Assembly: GCF_963506605.1 (NCBI RefSeq)
Contig: NC_083276.1
Location: 23,436,001-23,500,000, forward strand
From: Zootoca vivipara
Lineage: Eukaryota
Direction of reading: 5' to 3'
Length of the DNA stretch: 64,000 bases
Positions 13,182 through 25,633 of the stretch are shown here, piece by piece. Under the pieces are notes generated by a model. It saw nothing but the letters and a program-made list of their open reading frames with translations, searched no databases and was not told where the DNA came from. The translations under genes were made by a program, and so were the position numbers. The number at the start of each line of letters is the position of its first letter. Position 1 is the first letter of the stretch.

Positions 13182-14340
13182 GTAAAGGTTTAAGGTGCTT
13201 GAGAAACTTCAATATTTTACTCTGCCAATAAAGGGGTTTGAGGAAAATTACATTATTGAATTGGAAGTGGTAGAGAAGAGACTGGGAGGTCATTATACTG
13301 TTATTAATGTTATTAAGAATTAATATACTGTTATTAATGTTATCAATGCAGTCAGTGCCTGGATGGGAGAATGTGACCTGATTTGCATGTAACACCAAGC
13401 CGAGGTTTATTAACAATGGATTATTGAACCGTGATTTGTTTGATTGTTTGATTTGTTTGATTGAACCATGCCCAATGGTTTAACTGTGGTTTGTTAATTG
13501 CTAGCACACCACAAACTGCAGTCATGGTTTTTTTTAATACTTATAAGCCTTGGTTTGTTTTATCTATGCTTTGACATTGCACATGGACCTGTCATGTATC
13601 TGTTGTCTTATGCTAGGTCAGCCTACTTGTTCATTTAGACCAGAGTTTCCCCAACTTGGGTCTTTCAGCTGCTGTTGGACTACAACTCCCATCATTCCTA
13701 GCCAGCAGGACCAGTGATCAGGTATGATGGGATTTGTAGCTGGAGATCCAAGTTTGAGAAACACTGATCTAGATTAACACTGCCTATTTTGATCGGCAGT
13801 AGGATCTCAGGCTAAGGTATGACCCACCATTTGCTACCTACTCCTTAAAACTGGAGGTACTGGAAATTGAAGCTGGGTAATATTGCAAGGTTGGGGACTT
13901 ATTGGGCTCTTCCATTAGCTACGTTCCCTCCCCACAGTTGGAAGCAGTAATGCTTCTGAATACCAGTTGCCAGAAACCACAGGACAGGAGAGTGCTCTTG
14001 TGCTCTGGTCCTGCTTGTAGGCTTCTCCTGTTACACCTAGTGTGAGAAAAGGATACTGGATTTATATAGGCCACTGCCTGATCCATCAGGCCATTCTTAT
14101 GTTTAGGCTGTTCTGTGCAGTGGATTGAAATTAGATATTCAGCCCATTTTAGTTGTTGACCATGAAATTGTCAGATTAATTTGCTGATATGGAGAGAGGC
14201 ACGATTCTGTTACCGATCTAAAAGCACACAATGCACATGGAGGAGGGGGAAGGTTGACACTTTGTTAACAACTATTACGTGCCTTTTTTTTTGAAGCTTC
14301 TGCGGGTGGCTATAAATGGACCCTAATTTGTGCTTTTCAG

Positions 14341-15806
14341 ATAACCTCTATGGGAATAACCAGAACGGCTATTACTGCCACTCTCAGACCAGCCTGGACA
14401 GGGCGCCGCATGACTACAATGGCAGAATCCGCAACGGCAGCGTCTACAGCGCTCACAGCACAAACTCGTTGAATAACCCACAACACTACATGCAGCCGTC
14501 GCCCATGTCCTCCAACCCGAGCATCACCGGCAGCGACGTCCTCCGGTCTGATTACGTCCCGTCACACCGGCACAGTGCCCTTATACCGCCTTCGTATCGG
14601 CCTACCCCGGATTATGAGACGGTGATGAAGCAGCTTAACCGGGGAATGATACACTCGGACAAGCAGAGCCACTCGATGAGGAACCTTAACATTGGCAACT
14701 CCTACGCCTACAGTAGACCCGACGCCATGGTTTACAGCCAGCCTGAAATCCGAGAACACGCCAATTTCACCTCCCCTCATTCTGGCCACTACCCGTTCAA
14801 CCTGAATTACAGTTTCCACAGCCAGTCGCCCTACCCCTATCCTGCCGAAAGGCGCCTGGTGGTTGGAGCAGTGAGCGTCCCTGAACTGACGAACGTTCAG
14901 TTACAGGCCCAGGAGTACCCTGCGCCAAACATCATGAAGACTCAAGTGTATCGCCCCCCTCCTCCTTACCCTCACCCGAGACCCGCCAACAGCACACCGG
15001 ACCTTTCTCGGCACCTCTACATCAGCAGCAGCAACCCGGATCTCATTACCCGGCGGGTCCATCACTCGGTCCAGACGTTTCAGGAAGACAGTCTACCCGT
15101 TGCACATTCCCTCCAGGAAGTGAGCGAGCCCTTGACGTCGGCCCGGCACGCTCAGCTGCAGAAGAGGAACAGTATTGAGATAGCTGGCTTGGCCCACAAC
15201 TTTGAGGCCATGAGGATTAAAGAGAGGACCATGTCGGCATCAGCCGCAGATGTGGCCCCTCCAAAGGTTATACTTGCCAGCTCACAGCCCACTGTTTTCT
15301 TGGAGAGGATGAAGCAAGAGGAAAATGAGGAGCAAGAGGAAAATGTGAGCTATGGACACAAGAAATCTCTTTCAGATGCCACTATGCTGATTCACAGCAG
15401 CGAGGAAGAGGAAGAATTTGAAGACGAACACAAGGCCAGTGCAACCCTCTCTCCCTTCGTCAATGGGAAACCCCAACTTCCTTCTGTCATGGGATGCTAT
15501 CCTTCTGAATCCTTACTGAACTACCCCTACAGCTCCGTCACTTCACACCCTGGCCCTTTGCACATACACGAACCCAAGTTGCATATTACTGAGACCGAGA
15601 GAGTAAAAGATGTGAGTCCTTCCCACATCGTGGCTGACACTCAGGTACAGAGAAGAGGCGATGGGCTGCTGACTCCGTCTGTGTCAGAGTCTGACTTAAC
15701 AATGTCTGCAAGGTACAGGGTGCGGAAGGATTCCATAAAGAAGAGGCCTGTGTCTGAATTGCTTTCCGGGAAGAAGAACATAGTGGAAGGGCTTCCTCCT
15801 TTAGGG
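14341..15806 (+). CDS. PTPN21: PTPN21 large exon 13 (disordered linker with PPxY motif and acidic tract)
   Basis: Lies within ORF 14316-16040; cag|..|gtgagt; motifs [51 protein letters not shown]. Confidence 0.96.
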
Positions 15807-16866
15807 GTGAGTTTCTCTAGGATGTTCCTCTTTTGTCTTTCTAGACACATGTTCACACATTACATAGAACACAGGCAAGCAGTCTCTACACATGTACAAA
15901 TGTTTGTGTGGAAGCATGTACACTTGTCGATTTGTGCAGGCCAACTGACTGTATACAAAATATGCGTGCATGTAATGCGAGCTTTACATATGAATATGCC
16001 ATCGAGTGTTAATATGATTAATAGCTCCCAAACAAGCTAGGATATAAGGTCCACTTCAAATAATAACTTTGTGTCTTGATGTGTTTGGAAGCCAATAACC
16101 TCTGCAATTTCTACTTCATATTAAAGATCACCTGCCAACTTACATGCTCAGCTGGCATAATCCTAAGGGGTCTCACCATTTTGCTTGTGTGCTAGACGTT
16201 GAAAGGCTGAATTCTCTGGGTTTGGAAATGTTACTTGCCTGCCAATAAAAAAATGTTCAAATTTCTGGCAGCTAAATGTTGAAAGGTATTTGACAGCTTG
16301 TATTTAGGGCTGTGTGTAGTCTGGGATTCTACAGAAGTGCAGGAAATCTGCAGAATGTGATATTGGCTGAAAGGCAACAATGTTCTGAATACATCTTTGT
16401 CCCAGAAACAGGATCAATTCTGTAAAACAGTAAAAATTCCTGTGTCTACTGTGCAAAATGAGAGTAGGAAATCTGCTGCTTCTGTAGCAGAATGTTTGAT
16501 TGTCCCATGCATACCTTTGTATATGAAGTCAGGGGGCAGTGAAGAGAGTGTTTTTGTAAAGTGCTTTGAAGGGCTATTTAATTTACAATCAAGTGGTATA
16601 TAATTTTTTATGAAATAAGCATACCAGATGTTCCTTCACACTTTCCTCTTAATTTCCATTTGTCTAGTTCAGGAGTGGGGAACCTGAGCCTCTAGAGAGG
16701 GTTTTTGTTGCACTCCAACTCCCATCAGCCGCAGGGATGATTAGAGTTGTAGTTCATCAACATCTGGAGGGCCACAGGTTCCACATTCCTGCTCTGTGCT
16801 AACTGATTCCAGTTGTGCCACATTTAAGCTGTTCAAACCTCACTGTAAGGCAATGTGGTGCAGTAA

Positions 16867-17092
16867 CAGTGGTACCTTGGTTTACAACCATAATCCGTTC
16901 CGGAGGTCCGTTTATAAACCAAAACAGGTTGTAACCCAAAGCACGCTTTTGCCAATGGGGCCTCAAAAAATTTTTGCTTGTAATTTAAAAAAATGGGTTG
17001 TAATAAAAAAAAGGTTGCAAACTTCTGGGTTTGAAATGTTTGTAATCCAAAATGTATGCAAATCAAGACGTATGCAAACCAAGGTACCACTG
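16867..17092. mobile_element. Tc1/mariner (Tigger-like) MITE
   Basis: TIR CAGTGGTACCTTGGTTT; TA at right end. Confidence 0.8.
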
Positions 17093-17638
17093 TAATGTAG
17101 TTAGAATACTGATGTTGGGGAAGGAAGACCTAGGTCCAAAGTTTGGGCCAGTCATACATACTAGCCTCAGCTGTAAAAACCTCACAGGGTTGTTTTTGTG
17201 AGAGTAAATGAAAGCAGGAGGCACACATCTGCTCATCCTGAGCTGCTGGGAAAGAAGGGCAAGAAGAAAATAATAAAAGTCACTGGGACCTATGCAACTT
17301 GGGTGCAAAATTTTGCTGTCCTACACTAATTGTTGGACTGTAGCCTGTGGCTGTTCATGAAAGCCCATTGTCTGCAATGATCCTTTCTCCCTAAGGTCTG
17401 TTTATCCTTCCTATGAAGTTTCGAAAACCTGGGGAATGAAGACAGACCAGGTGGAAAGAATGTTGCTTTGCTACTGCCGTGTTTGTAGGATTCTGTTGAC
17501 CAGAGGAGGCAAGGGCTGGCGGTTCTTCCCTTTTTGGGGTGAGCCCCCTCCCCTCCGTACTCCCCCACCCACCCTAGCAATTTCATTTGAGCCAGGTTTC
17601 TGCTGCAGCACATTGTCAGATTGCCTTGTTTCCAGCAG

Positions 17639-17776
17639 GTCATGAAAAAGAACAGAGCCGAAGCCAAAAAAATGGGACCTTTGAAGTTAGCTGCTCTAAA
17701 TGGACTGACGTTATCTCGGCTGCCGCTGCCAGACGAAGGGAAGGAGGAACCTGCCAGAGCAACAAATGATGAACGG
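17639..17776 (+). CDS. PTPN21: PTPN21 exon 14 (CAGCAG acceptor; alternative start 17636)
   Basis: [46 protein letters not shown]; donor gttggt. Confidence 0.93.
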
Positions 17777-18455
17777 GTTGGTTTGATGTTTTCTTTGAGC
17801 TGTATGTTAAAAAGGTTTCATATTCAGTTCCCATAGTTGCAGAATCTTGGTTGCCGTCAAGCAGAAGTTTTATCCAAGTAAAGGCATCAGGATTTGGTTT
17901 TATTTCTGCACCAAGTTTGGAAGGAAAGTGTCAGGTGCTTTTTATTTTTGCTGGTTTTGTATATCTTCTTGGTCCAGCTCTGTGGTTTTGAGATATTGTA
18001 TTCTGCGGATATGTAGAGAATTGCCAGGGGGGTCCCTATAAAGCAGAAACCTTCAGTTGTGTTTTTGTTTTGGATCTTAATATTAATGAGCTGGACGGCT
18101 GTTTTAAACAGATTTTACGCGTGTATATAGTTTTAAATCTATTAATGTTTATCTGCTTTTTAATATTCTTTTTCTATGTTCTTTGCGGTTCTTGTTTTTA
18201 TCTGTAAGTTGCCTTGAGTCCTGTCAAGAAAAAAGGCGAGATATAAACAACAATAATAGTTTTATTACAACCACCAGCTTTTTAATCAATTTGTGTGTGT
18301 GTGTTTGTGTGGTTCTTAAAAGTCTATAAGCCTAATTGAGAGCACCCGATATAAAGGCAACTTAAAAGTATCGGGGTGTGTGTGTTAAAAAATAGAGCAC
18401 GCACACAGAGGCAGACACCTGTTGAAAAACAATAAAACGTGTTCTTTCTTTCTAG

Positions 18456-18677
18456 TGTAAAGGTCTGGAACAAGGGTTGGAACAAGGGATGGTGTTTACA
18501 GAATACGAGCGGATCCAGAAGAAAAGGCTTCTGGATGGGGACTGCTCAATTGCCCGCCTTCCAGAAAACGCAGAAAGGAACAGGTTTCAGGATGTGCTTC
18601 CTTATGACGACACCAGAGTAGAGCTGGTCCCTACTAAAGAAAACAATACGGGTTATATCAATGCTTCCCACATTAAG
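18456..18677 (+). CDS. PTPN21: PTPN21 exon 15 (start of PTP domain)
   Basis: [18 protein letters not shown]...[34 protein letters not shown]; tag|..|gtgagc. Confidence 0.96.
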
Positions 18678-20119
18678 GTGAGCTCAAGAAGCAATGGGAA
18701 TGTTTTCCTGAATGATTTATTTCACCTATCTATGATCTTTCTTGTGAGACGCTTTTTTAAAAGTCAAAGCATGCCATAGGCTTGTTTAACTGGATGGTGT
18801 TACGGATGGTGCAGAGAAGCAGGAGCCCTGGAGAATGTTGCTTTTCTTAGTGGGCAAAAGGAACTGTTAAAACATCTGCTGTACATCCAACATGCCACTT
18901 GCCATCATTTATTTTCCATAAGGCTAGACGGAAAAGAGAGCCGACATTCTTTGCATTTTCTGATCCTTTTGACTTATCCTACCTCAGAGCGTATCTATCA
19001 GAAAGTAGGTTTTAGCTTAGAGCCTTTTGCTTATTCTCGGTAGGGATTATCTTGGAAGTTGATCTTTTCAGAATCTCTGTCTTTGAACTAACTTAGTGCA
19101 GGCCCATATTATGAATTTATCACAAGCCTGGGCCCTACCGTAAAGCAGACTGAGGCAGCTGCCTCATGAAGCTGATTTGAGGTATCCTGAAAGGGCAACA
19201 ATTTTTAGTTATCTGATTTACTATTTTTCTGTTTTTCACTGGCAGAGAGGGGCAATTGTGGATTTTTTTTGTCTCGGGTGCCAGAAACAAAACCTAGACT
19301 GGCCTTGCATACAATGCTCTTTGACTTGGGGGCACCTTTTGCTGTTTTGCCTCAGGCAGCAAAATGTCTTGGGCTGGCCCTGCTTATCAGTCAACCTTCC
19401 TTCACTCTGAAGTGATCTGAGGCGTATTATGATACTGCCCGAGGGTTATAGCTCTGCCAAGCATATTTTGAGCTTCCTAGTTGCCGTGAAGGTGACAACA
19501 GTCAAGGAAGAGGCCCTTACCCATGTTCTGTTCTCATCATTATGATATGCTGGGTGGTATGAATTGTCTATTTTTGGGATTAAATGTGAAGAGAGGAAAT
19601 CATATGGCAGGAACAAAAGGTATACAGGTTGATCTGTGCTGACTGACTTCCACCTCTCCATTTTTAAATCAGAGGGTGATATCTAATGGTTGCCATGCTC
19701 TGACAAATCCAGTGAAATTAATAGCCCAAGTTACTCATGTCTGTTTATTTCAGTGGTTCTGCTCTGAGTATGGGGAACATTGGGTATTTTCTGGAACTAT
19801 AGAATGTAGAGTTGGAAGAGGTCTCAAGGGTCATCTAGTCCAACCCCTTGCAATGCAGGAATCTCAGCAAAAGCATCCATGACAGATGGCTATCCAACCT
19901 CTGCTTAAAAACCTCCAAGGAAGGAGAGTCCACCACCTCCCGAGGGAGTCCATTCCACTGTCAGAAAGTTCTTCCTAATGTTTAGTCAGAATCTCCTTTC
20001 TTGTAACTTGAAGCTAATGGTTTGAGTTCTACCCTCTGGAGCAGGAGAAAACAAGCTGCTCCATCTTCCATTGTTGTTGTTGTTGTTGTTTATATACTGC
20101 CCTATACCTATACGTCTCA

Positions 20120-20276
20120 GCTCCACCACATGCAGCTGCTGGGTGACCTTGGGCTAGTCACACTTCCCTGAAGTCTCTCAGCCCCACTCACCTCACAGAG
20201 TGTTTGTTGTGGGAGAGGAAGGGAAAGGAGAATGTTAGCTGCTTTGAGCCTCCTTCAGGTAGTGATAAAGCAGGAT
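20120..20276 (+). mobile_element. Same SINE family, 5'-truncated, runs into an N gap
   Basis: Identity to the 1045 copy. Confidence 0.8.
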
Positions 20277-20451
20277 NNNNNNNNNNNNNNNNNNNNNNNN
20301 NNNNNNNNNNNNNNNNNNNNNNNNNNNNNNNNNNNNNNNNNNNNNNNNNNNNNNNNNNNNNNNNNNNNNNNNNNNNNNNNNNNNNNNNNNNNNNNNNNNN
20401 NNNNNNNNNNNNNNNNNNNNNNNNNNNNNNNNNNNNNNNNNNNNNNNNNNN
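20277..20451. other. Assembly gap (other gaps 23858-24057 and 51876-52003)
   Basis: N runs. Confidence 1.
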
Positions 20452-20531
20452 TTTATTGAATTTATATACTGCTCTATACCCTGAGAATATGGCTGTTCCA
20501 TGTGACAGTCTTTAAGATAGTTATCATATCT

Positions 20532-20788
20532 CCAGTGTGGTGTAGTGGTGAAGAGTGGTAGACTCATAATCTGGGGAACCGGGTTCGCGTCTCCGCTCCT
20601 CCACACACAGCTGTTGGGTGACCTTGGGCTAGTCACACTTCTCTGAAGTCTCTCAGCCTCACTCACCTCACAGGGTGTTTGTTGTGGGGGAGGAAGGGAA
20701 AGGAGAATGTTAGCCGCTTTGAGACTCCTTCGGGTAGTGATAAAGCAGGATATCAAATCCAAACTCCTCCTCCTCCTCCTCCTCCTCT
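20532..20788 (+). mobile_element. Same SINE family, full length, (CCT)n tail
   Basis: Identity to the 1045 copy. Confidence 0.85.
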
Positions 20789-20934
20789 CAGTCTCCACGT
20801 TTCCAGGCTAAACATATCCAGCTCCTTCAACCGTTCCTCATAAGGCCTGGTTTCCAGACCTGTTGCTGCTGTTTTCTTTTAAGTCTCACAATCCACTCAT
20901 CCCTTGCATCATTTTTGTCTTTTCTTTTTCTTAG

Positions 20935-21186
<252 letters not shown>

Positions 21187-21310
21187 TGAATGTACTGACC
21201 AAAGGAACATGGGAGGGTAGCTTATACCAAGGTGGACCAATGGTCCATCTTCCTCAGTATTGTCCACACTGACTGACCACATTTCTCCAGAGTTTTCCCC
21301 CAGTTAAGAA

Positions 21311-21817
21311 TAGAGATGTAAAATTTCCGAAAATTTTGAAGCTCAGAAAAAACCCCAGTTTTCTCCCGGTTCCCCCCCCCCCCCTATATTAGCACTTCCT
21401 TTTTCTTTTCCAGATTGAAAGTTATTCTGTTACTTTAGCAACATAAAATATAACTATGGACAATTTTAATGGGCATAAAATAATCACAACTAGCATATTA
21501 AAAATATAGTGTATCCAAACAGGAACTGAAATTTATCTTGTCATTCATCACTGTTTGCTATGCAACATGTTCAGTTTATAACCTAGGACTTGCTTGTCCT
21601 CACAGAAATTAGAATAATCTGATACCATACATTTTTTTTAAAAAAAAGATTTATAAAATATTTGAACCCCTTATCTTAAAACATTTTATTCATCATGTTA
21701 AAATAAAACATTCCATAATCTATTTTTTATTTTTTCAATTTTTCAAACTTTTCGGGAAAAAAACAAAAAAGGCTTCAGGACAGAAAACAGAAAAAAAACC
21801 GGGCCTTCACACCTCTA
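21311..21817. mobile_element. Non-autonomous hAT transposon
   Basis: Imperfect TIR TAGAGATGTAAA / TTCACACCTCTA; perfect 8-bp TSD GTTAAGAA. Confidence 0.8.
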
Positions 21818-22255
21818 GTTAAGAACAAAAGAAGAGCCTGCTGGATCAGGCCAATGGCCCATCTAGTTGAGCATCCTGTTCTCACAGTGGGCTCACAGGT
21901 GCCTGTGGGAAACCTGCAAGAGGGATTTGAGCCTGGGAGCACATTACCCTCTTGTGGTTTCCATAAACTGGTATTCAGAAACATGGAAGAGCACAGCCAT
22001 CATGGCCAATAGCCACTGATAGTCTTAGCTGTACCTGGGGAAGCCAGGGTTTGAAGCTGTGCCCTTCTGCATGCAGAGCAGACCCTCTACCTCTGAGGTG
22101 TGGCCCTTTCCTTCCAGTCTAATTTTGACTGACCAGGTTTGACAGGACAGTGTAGAAGGGCCCATGTAGTTTAGTGGCTAGTGGGCAAATCAAGCTTCAA
22201 ATCTTCACTCCCTGGGCGACTTTGGGACTTGCCCCTCTTTCTTAGCCCCAACATA

Positions 22256-22649
22256 CCATGTTGGCCTGAATATAAGGCACACCCACAAATAAGCTGCACC
22301 TTAAAAATTTAAGGGGGGGAAAGAAAGAAAAAATAATACCCGAATATAAGCCGCTCCCTTAAAATTGGGTCACAGGCTGAAAATCGCTGCGGTTGGTAGA
22401 ATTGTAACTCCAAGCCAATTTAAGCCCTTGATCTTGCGAGCCCGCAATTGCTATTCAATTGCTACAATTCCGCAGGCACTCAAGCTCGCAAATCGGCAAT
22501 AAAACATTTTTTTTTGTTCCGCTTTATATCTGTTTCAGCAGCGATATCGCAAAAGCCAATTTTTGTAAGGTTGCGGATATAAGCCGCACTTTAACCTTTC
22601 ACGGTCAGAATTTGGAAAGAAAGTGTGGCTTATATTCGGGCCAATATGG
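22256..22649. mobile_element. pogo/Tigger-like MITE inserted in an old MIR-like SINE
   Basis: TIR CCATRTTGGCCYGAATATAAG; TA TSD. Confidence 0.75.
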
Positions 22650-22808
22650 TACCTCACAGGATCGTTGTGAGGTTGGAATGAAGGGGCATGGGGGAAGAAG
22701 CGGGATCTAAATTTTGAAAATAATAAACCACAAGTCCTTTTTGAAACAACTATGTTTCTGCGGAAGGTCACATGGGAGCTTTCTGTTGACGAAGCTTAAT
22801 GTTTCCAG

Positions 22809-23043
22809 GAGGGATGCCGAGAGAAAAGCTTCCGATACTGGCCGCGGCTTGGCTCGAGGCACAACACAGTGACGTATGGGAGGTTCAAGATCACCACCCG
22901 ATTCCGAACGGACTCTGGCTGTTACGCAACGACAGGCCTGAAGATCAAGCACCTCCTCACGGGGCAAGAGAGAACGGTTTGGCACCTTCAGTACACAGAC
23001 TGGCCGGAGCATGGCTGCCCAGAGGACATAAAAGGGTTTCTTT
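22809..23043 (+). CDS. PTPN21: PTPN21 exon 17 (PTP, WPE loop)
   Basis: [15 protein letters not shown]...[20 protein letters not shown]; cag|..|gtacgt. Confidence 0.96.
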
Positions 23044-23637
23044 GTACGTGTTTCCGAGGTTTTTTTTTTGTCTTTTGTGGTGGTAAATGAATCCTTTCTC
23101 GGGAACTAGGTGTCAAGAGATGCTATGGAAACGTCTTTTGTGGCTAGAAGTACCCCACTCCCATCTGTGTTGTTTTTACTTTGCCCACTTTTGGTCAAGT
23201 TTTGGTGTGATCTGGGCATGGTCTTGAAAAGCACATAATAAGGCAAGCTTCCTGAAAGGGAGCTGGCTAAATGCTGGCCAGGACACAACCTGGTAATGCT
23301 CCTGTGTTCTGCCATGAGTTCTTTTGGAGAAGGGAGATATAGAAATAATTTTTTTTTGGGGGGGGGGATGCAGAGCAGATGCCACTCCATGGGGAGAACA
23401 AACCAGAGTCATGGCCTCACCATGGAGAAAGCCCTTCTGTGAGCTTCCCGACTACAAATCCTCACGGGGACTGGAAGTAAGGCTCCCCACCCCCTCCTGA
23501 TCTTCAGGATTAATTGACTTGGGTGGTATGGGAGTTGAGGTGCTCCCGCAGATACTTGGGCCTTGAGCCGTTTGGGGCTTTATAATCCATTAGCAGCGTG
23601 TGGAATTGGGTCTGGTAGCTTATAAGCATCTTTATAA

Positions 23638-23857
23638 GCACCAGTGTGGTGTAGTGGTTAAGAGCGGTAGACTCATAATCTGGGGAACCGGGTTCGCGTC
23701 TCCGCTCCTCCACATGCAGCTGCTGGGTGACCTTGGGCTAGTCACACTTCTCTGAAGTCTCTCAGCCCCACTCACCTCACAGAGTGTTTGTTGTGGGGGA
23801 GGAAGGGAAAGGAGAATGTTAGCCGCTTTGAGACTCCTTCGGGTAGTGATAAAGCGG
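23638..23857 (+). mobile_element. Same SINE family, tail in an N gap
   Basis: Identity to the 1045 copy. Confidence 0.85.
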
Positions 23858-24192
23858 NNNNNNNNNNNNNNNNNNNNNNNNNNNNNNNNNNNNNNNNNNN
23901 NNNNNNNNNNNNNNNNNNNNNNNNNNNNNNNNNNNNNNNNNNNNNNNNNNNNNNNNNNNNNNNNNNNNNNNNNNNNNNNNNNNNNNNNNNNNNNNNNNNN
24001 NNNNNNNNNNNNNNNNNNNNNNNNNNNNNNNNNNNNNNNNNNNNNNNNNNNNNNNNNGTTCTGAGTGGACATGTTTCAATTGCGCTCTCTGCCGCCCTGA
24101 CTTACTTGGCTGCCACTTTTTGTACTTGCTTGTGTTATTGCCTGGTTTAAATAATTTCTCTCTTCTTTCCTCTTTTCTGTTGGATCTGACAG

Positions 24193-24353
24193 CATACTTG
24201 GAAGAGATACAGTCAGTCCGGCGCCACACAAACAGTACTGCGGATCCTACAGTCCCCAACCCTCCCCTGCTGGTGCATTGCAGTGCTGGCGTTGGGAGAA
24301 CCGGTGTGGTCATCTTGTCGGAGATCATGATTGCCTGCTTGGAGCACAATGAG
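24193..24353 (+). CDS. PTPN21: PTPN21 exon 18 (PTP catalytic motif)
   Basis: [11 protein letters not shown]...[28 protein letters not shown]; donor gttatt. Confidence 0.96.
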
Positions 24354-25272
24354 GTTATTTCTTGGCCTTCTAAAACTCTGGTGCATGTGTTGGGGAGTTT
24401 GATCAGGGGGGTCCACAGAGCAGGGGTGGGGGTAGTCCATGCCCCTCCCATGCAATGATGTCAAGGAGTAGCACTAGGGGTTGCTGGTGAACCCTTAAAG
24501 CTGCTGTAGTCTTGGTAGGTTCCCCAAGATGTCATATTTATACACACAATTTTTTGCTGTTCATCATCCCTGTCCTGCCGCGGAGTAACAAAGCCTACCA
24601 ATTGCATCACCAAATTTTGCTTTCTTGGGGCTTTAACAGAGCGTGATCTGGCAGGGATCAAAGACAAGGAGCATTAATGAAACTCATCCCAGTTCTAGCA
24701 ATCTGGGAATGACTAACTTTAAGACAAAGGTTTCAAAGCATACTTTTCACCTCCTTCTATTATTTACAGTCTATGTACACAATATGCATAGAGCTGCAAA
24801 ACGAAACTCATTGAAACTGATTTCTTCTGAGAATATTATTATTTAATTAAGTTTGTATACCTCCCTTCATCTGTAGATCTCAGGGCAGTTCATAGCATGG
24901 AAGGACGGTTTCCTGTCCTCTCCTACACTCACCTGTGACACCTCCCCCCCCCCCAAAAAAAACCTGGGTTGAGGGGAATGCTGGTAGGAAGAAGAGATGA
25001 GAAGCTTCTCTTTAACATGTCTTAGGGTACCACTCTTTGGGCAATTCCCTGTCATACCATTCCCCCATTGTTCAGAAAGGTCTCTGGCCCTCCAGAAAGG
25101 CACTTTGGAGCGTACAGCAATGGGAAGAAGGGGACATGAATCTTTCCTTCCATTCACTTCCTTAGGTTCACTGATCCCCAAGCTAAAGTCTGTAAATGTG
25201 CCTGTCTGTCTGGTGCAGAAACCTATAGACTTGCAGGCATGATGGTCTTCCATTCTGATCTTTCTTTTGCAG

Positions 25273-25401
25273 CCACTGGACATCCCAAGAATGCTGGATA
25301 TGTTAAGACAGCAAAGGATGATGATGGTGCAGACCTTGTGCCAATACACGTTTGTCTACGGAGTCCTCATCCAATTCCTTAAGAGTTCGAGGCTTATATA
25401 A
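25273..25401 (+). CDS. PTPN21: PTPN21 last coding exon (19) with stop
   Basis: [42 protein letters not shown]; TAA at 25399-25401. Confidence 0.96.
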   Translation, partial: PLDIPRMLDMLRQQRMMMVQTLCQYTFVYGVLIQFLKSSRLI

Positions 25402-25596
25402 GCCTTCCTTACTACGCTTCCTAAGTTTCGCTGTTTGCAAGAGTTTACAAAAGCAGTTTTGCCTTCCGCCGGGGCAACGTTTCTGGCTTGGTTTGAAGAT
25501 GCTGAGTGCAAGTCCAGTGGCTTCTTGCTTCTGCAGAGCAAGACTTTGGGGTGGATGGGTTTTCTTCTTCGTGTGCAGTTGGAACAAGAAAGGAAG

Positions 25597-25598
<2 letters not shown>

Positions 25599-25631
<33 letters not shown>
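25599..25631. repeat. (GT)n microsatellite in the PTPN21 3'UTR
   Basis: Read directly from the sequence. Confidence 0.95.

Positions 25632-25633
<2 letters not shown>

Larger units (their letters stand above)
19797..20860 (-). mobile_element. CR1 LINE 3' fragment interrupted by SINEs and a gap
   Basis: Pieces 19797-20070, ~20495-20531 and ~20790-20860 are collinear with the reverse complement of the 48961 CR1. Confidence 0.75.
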
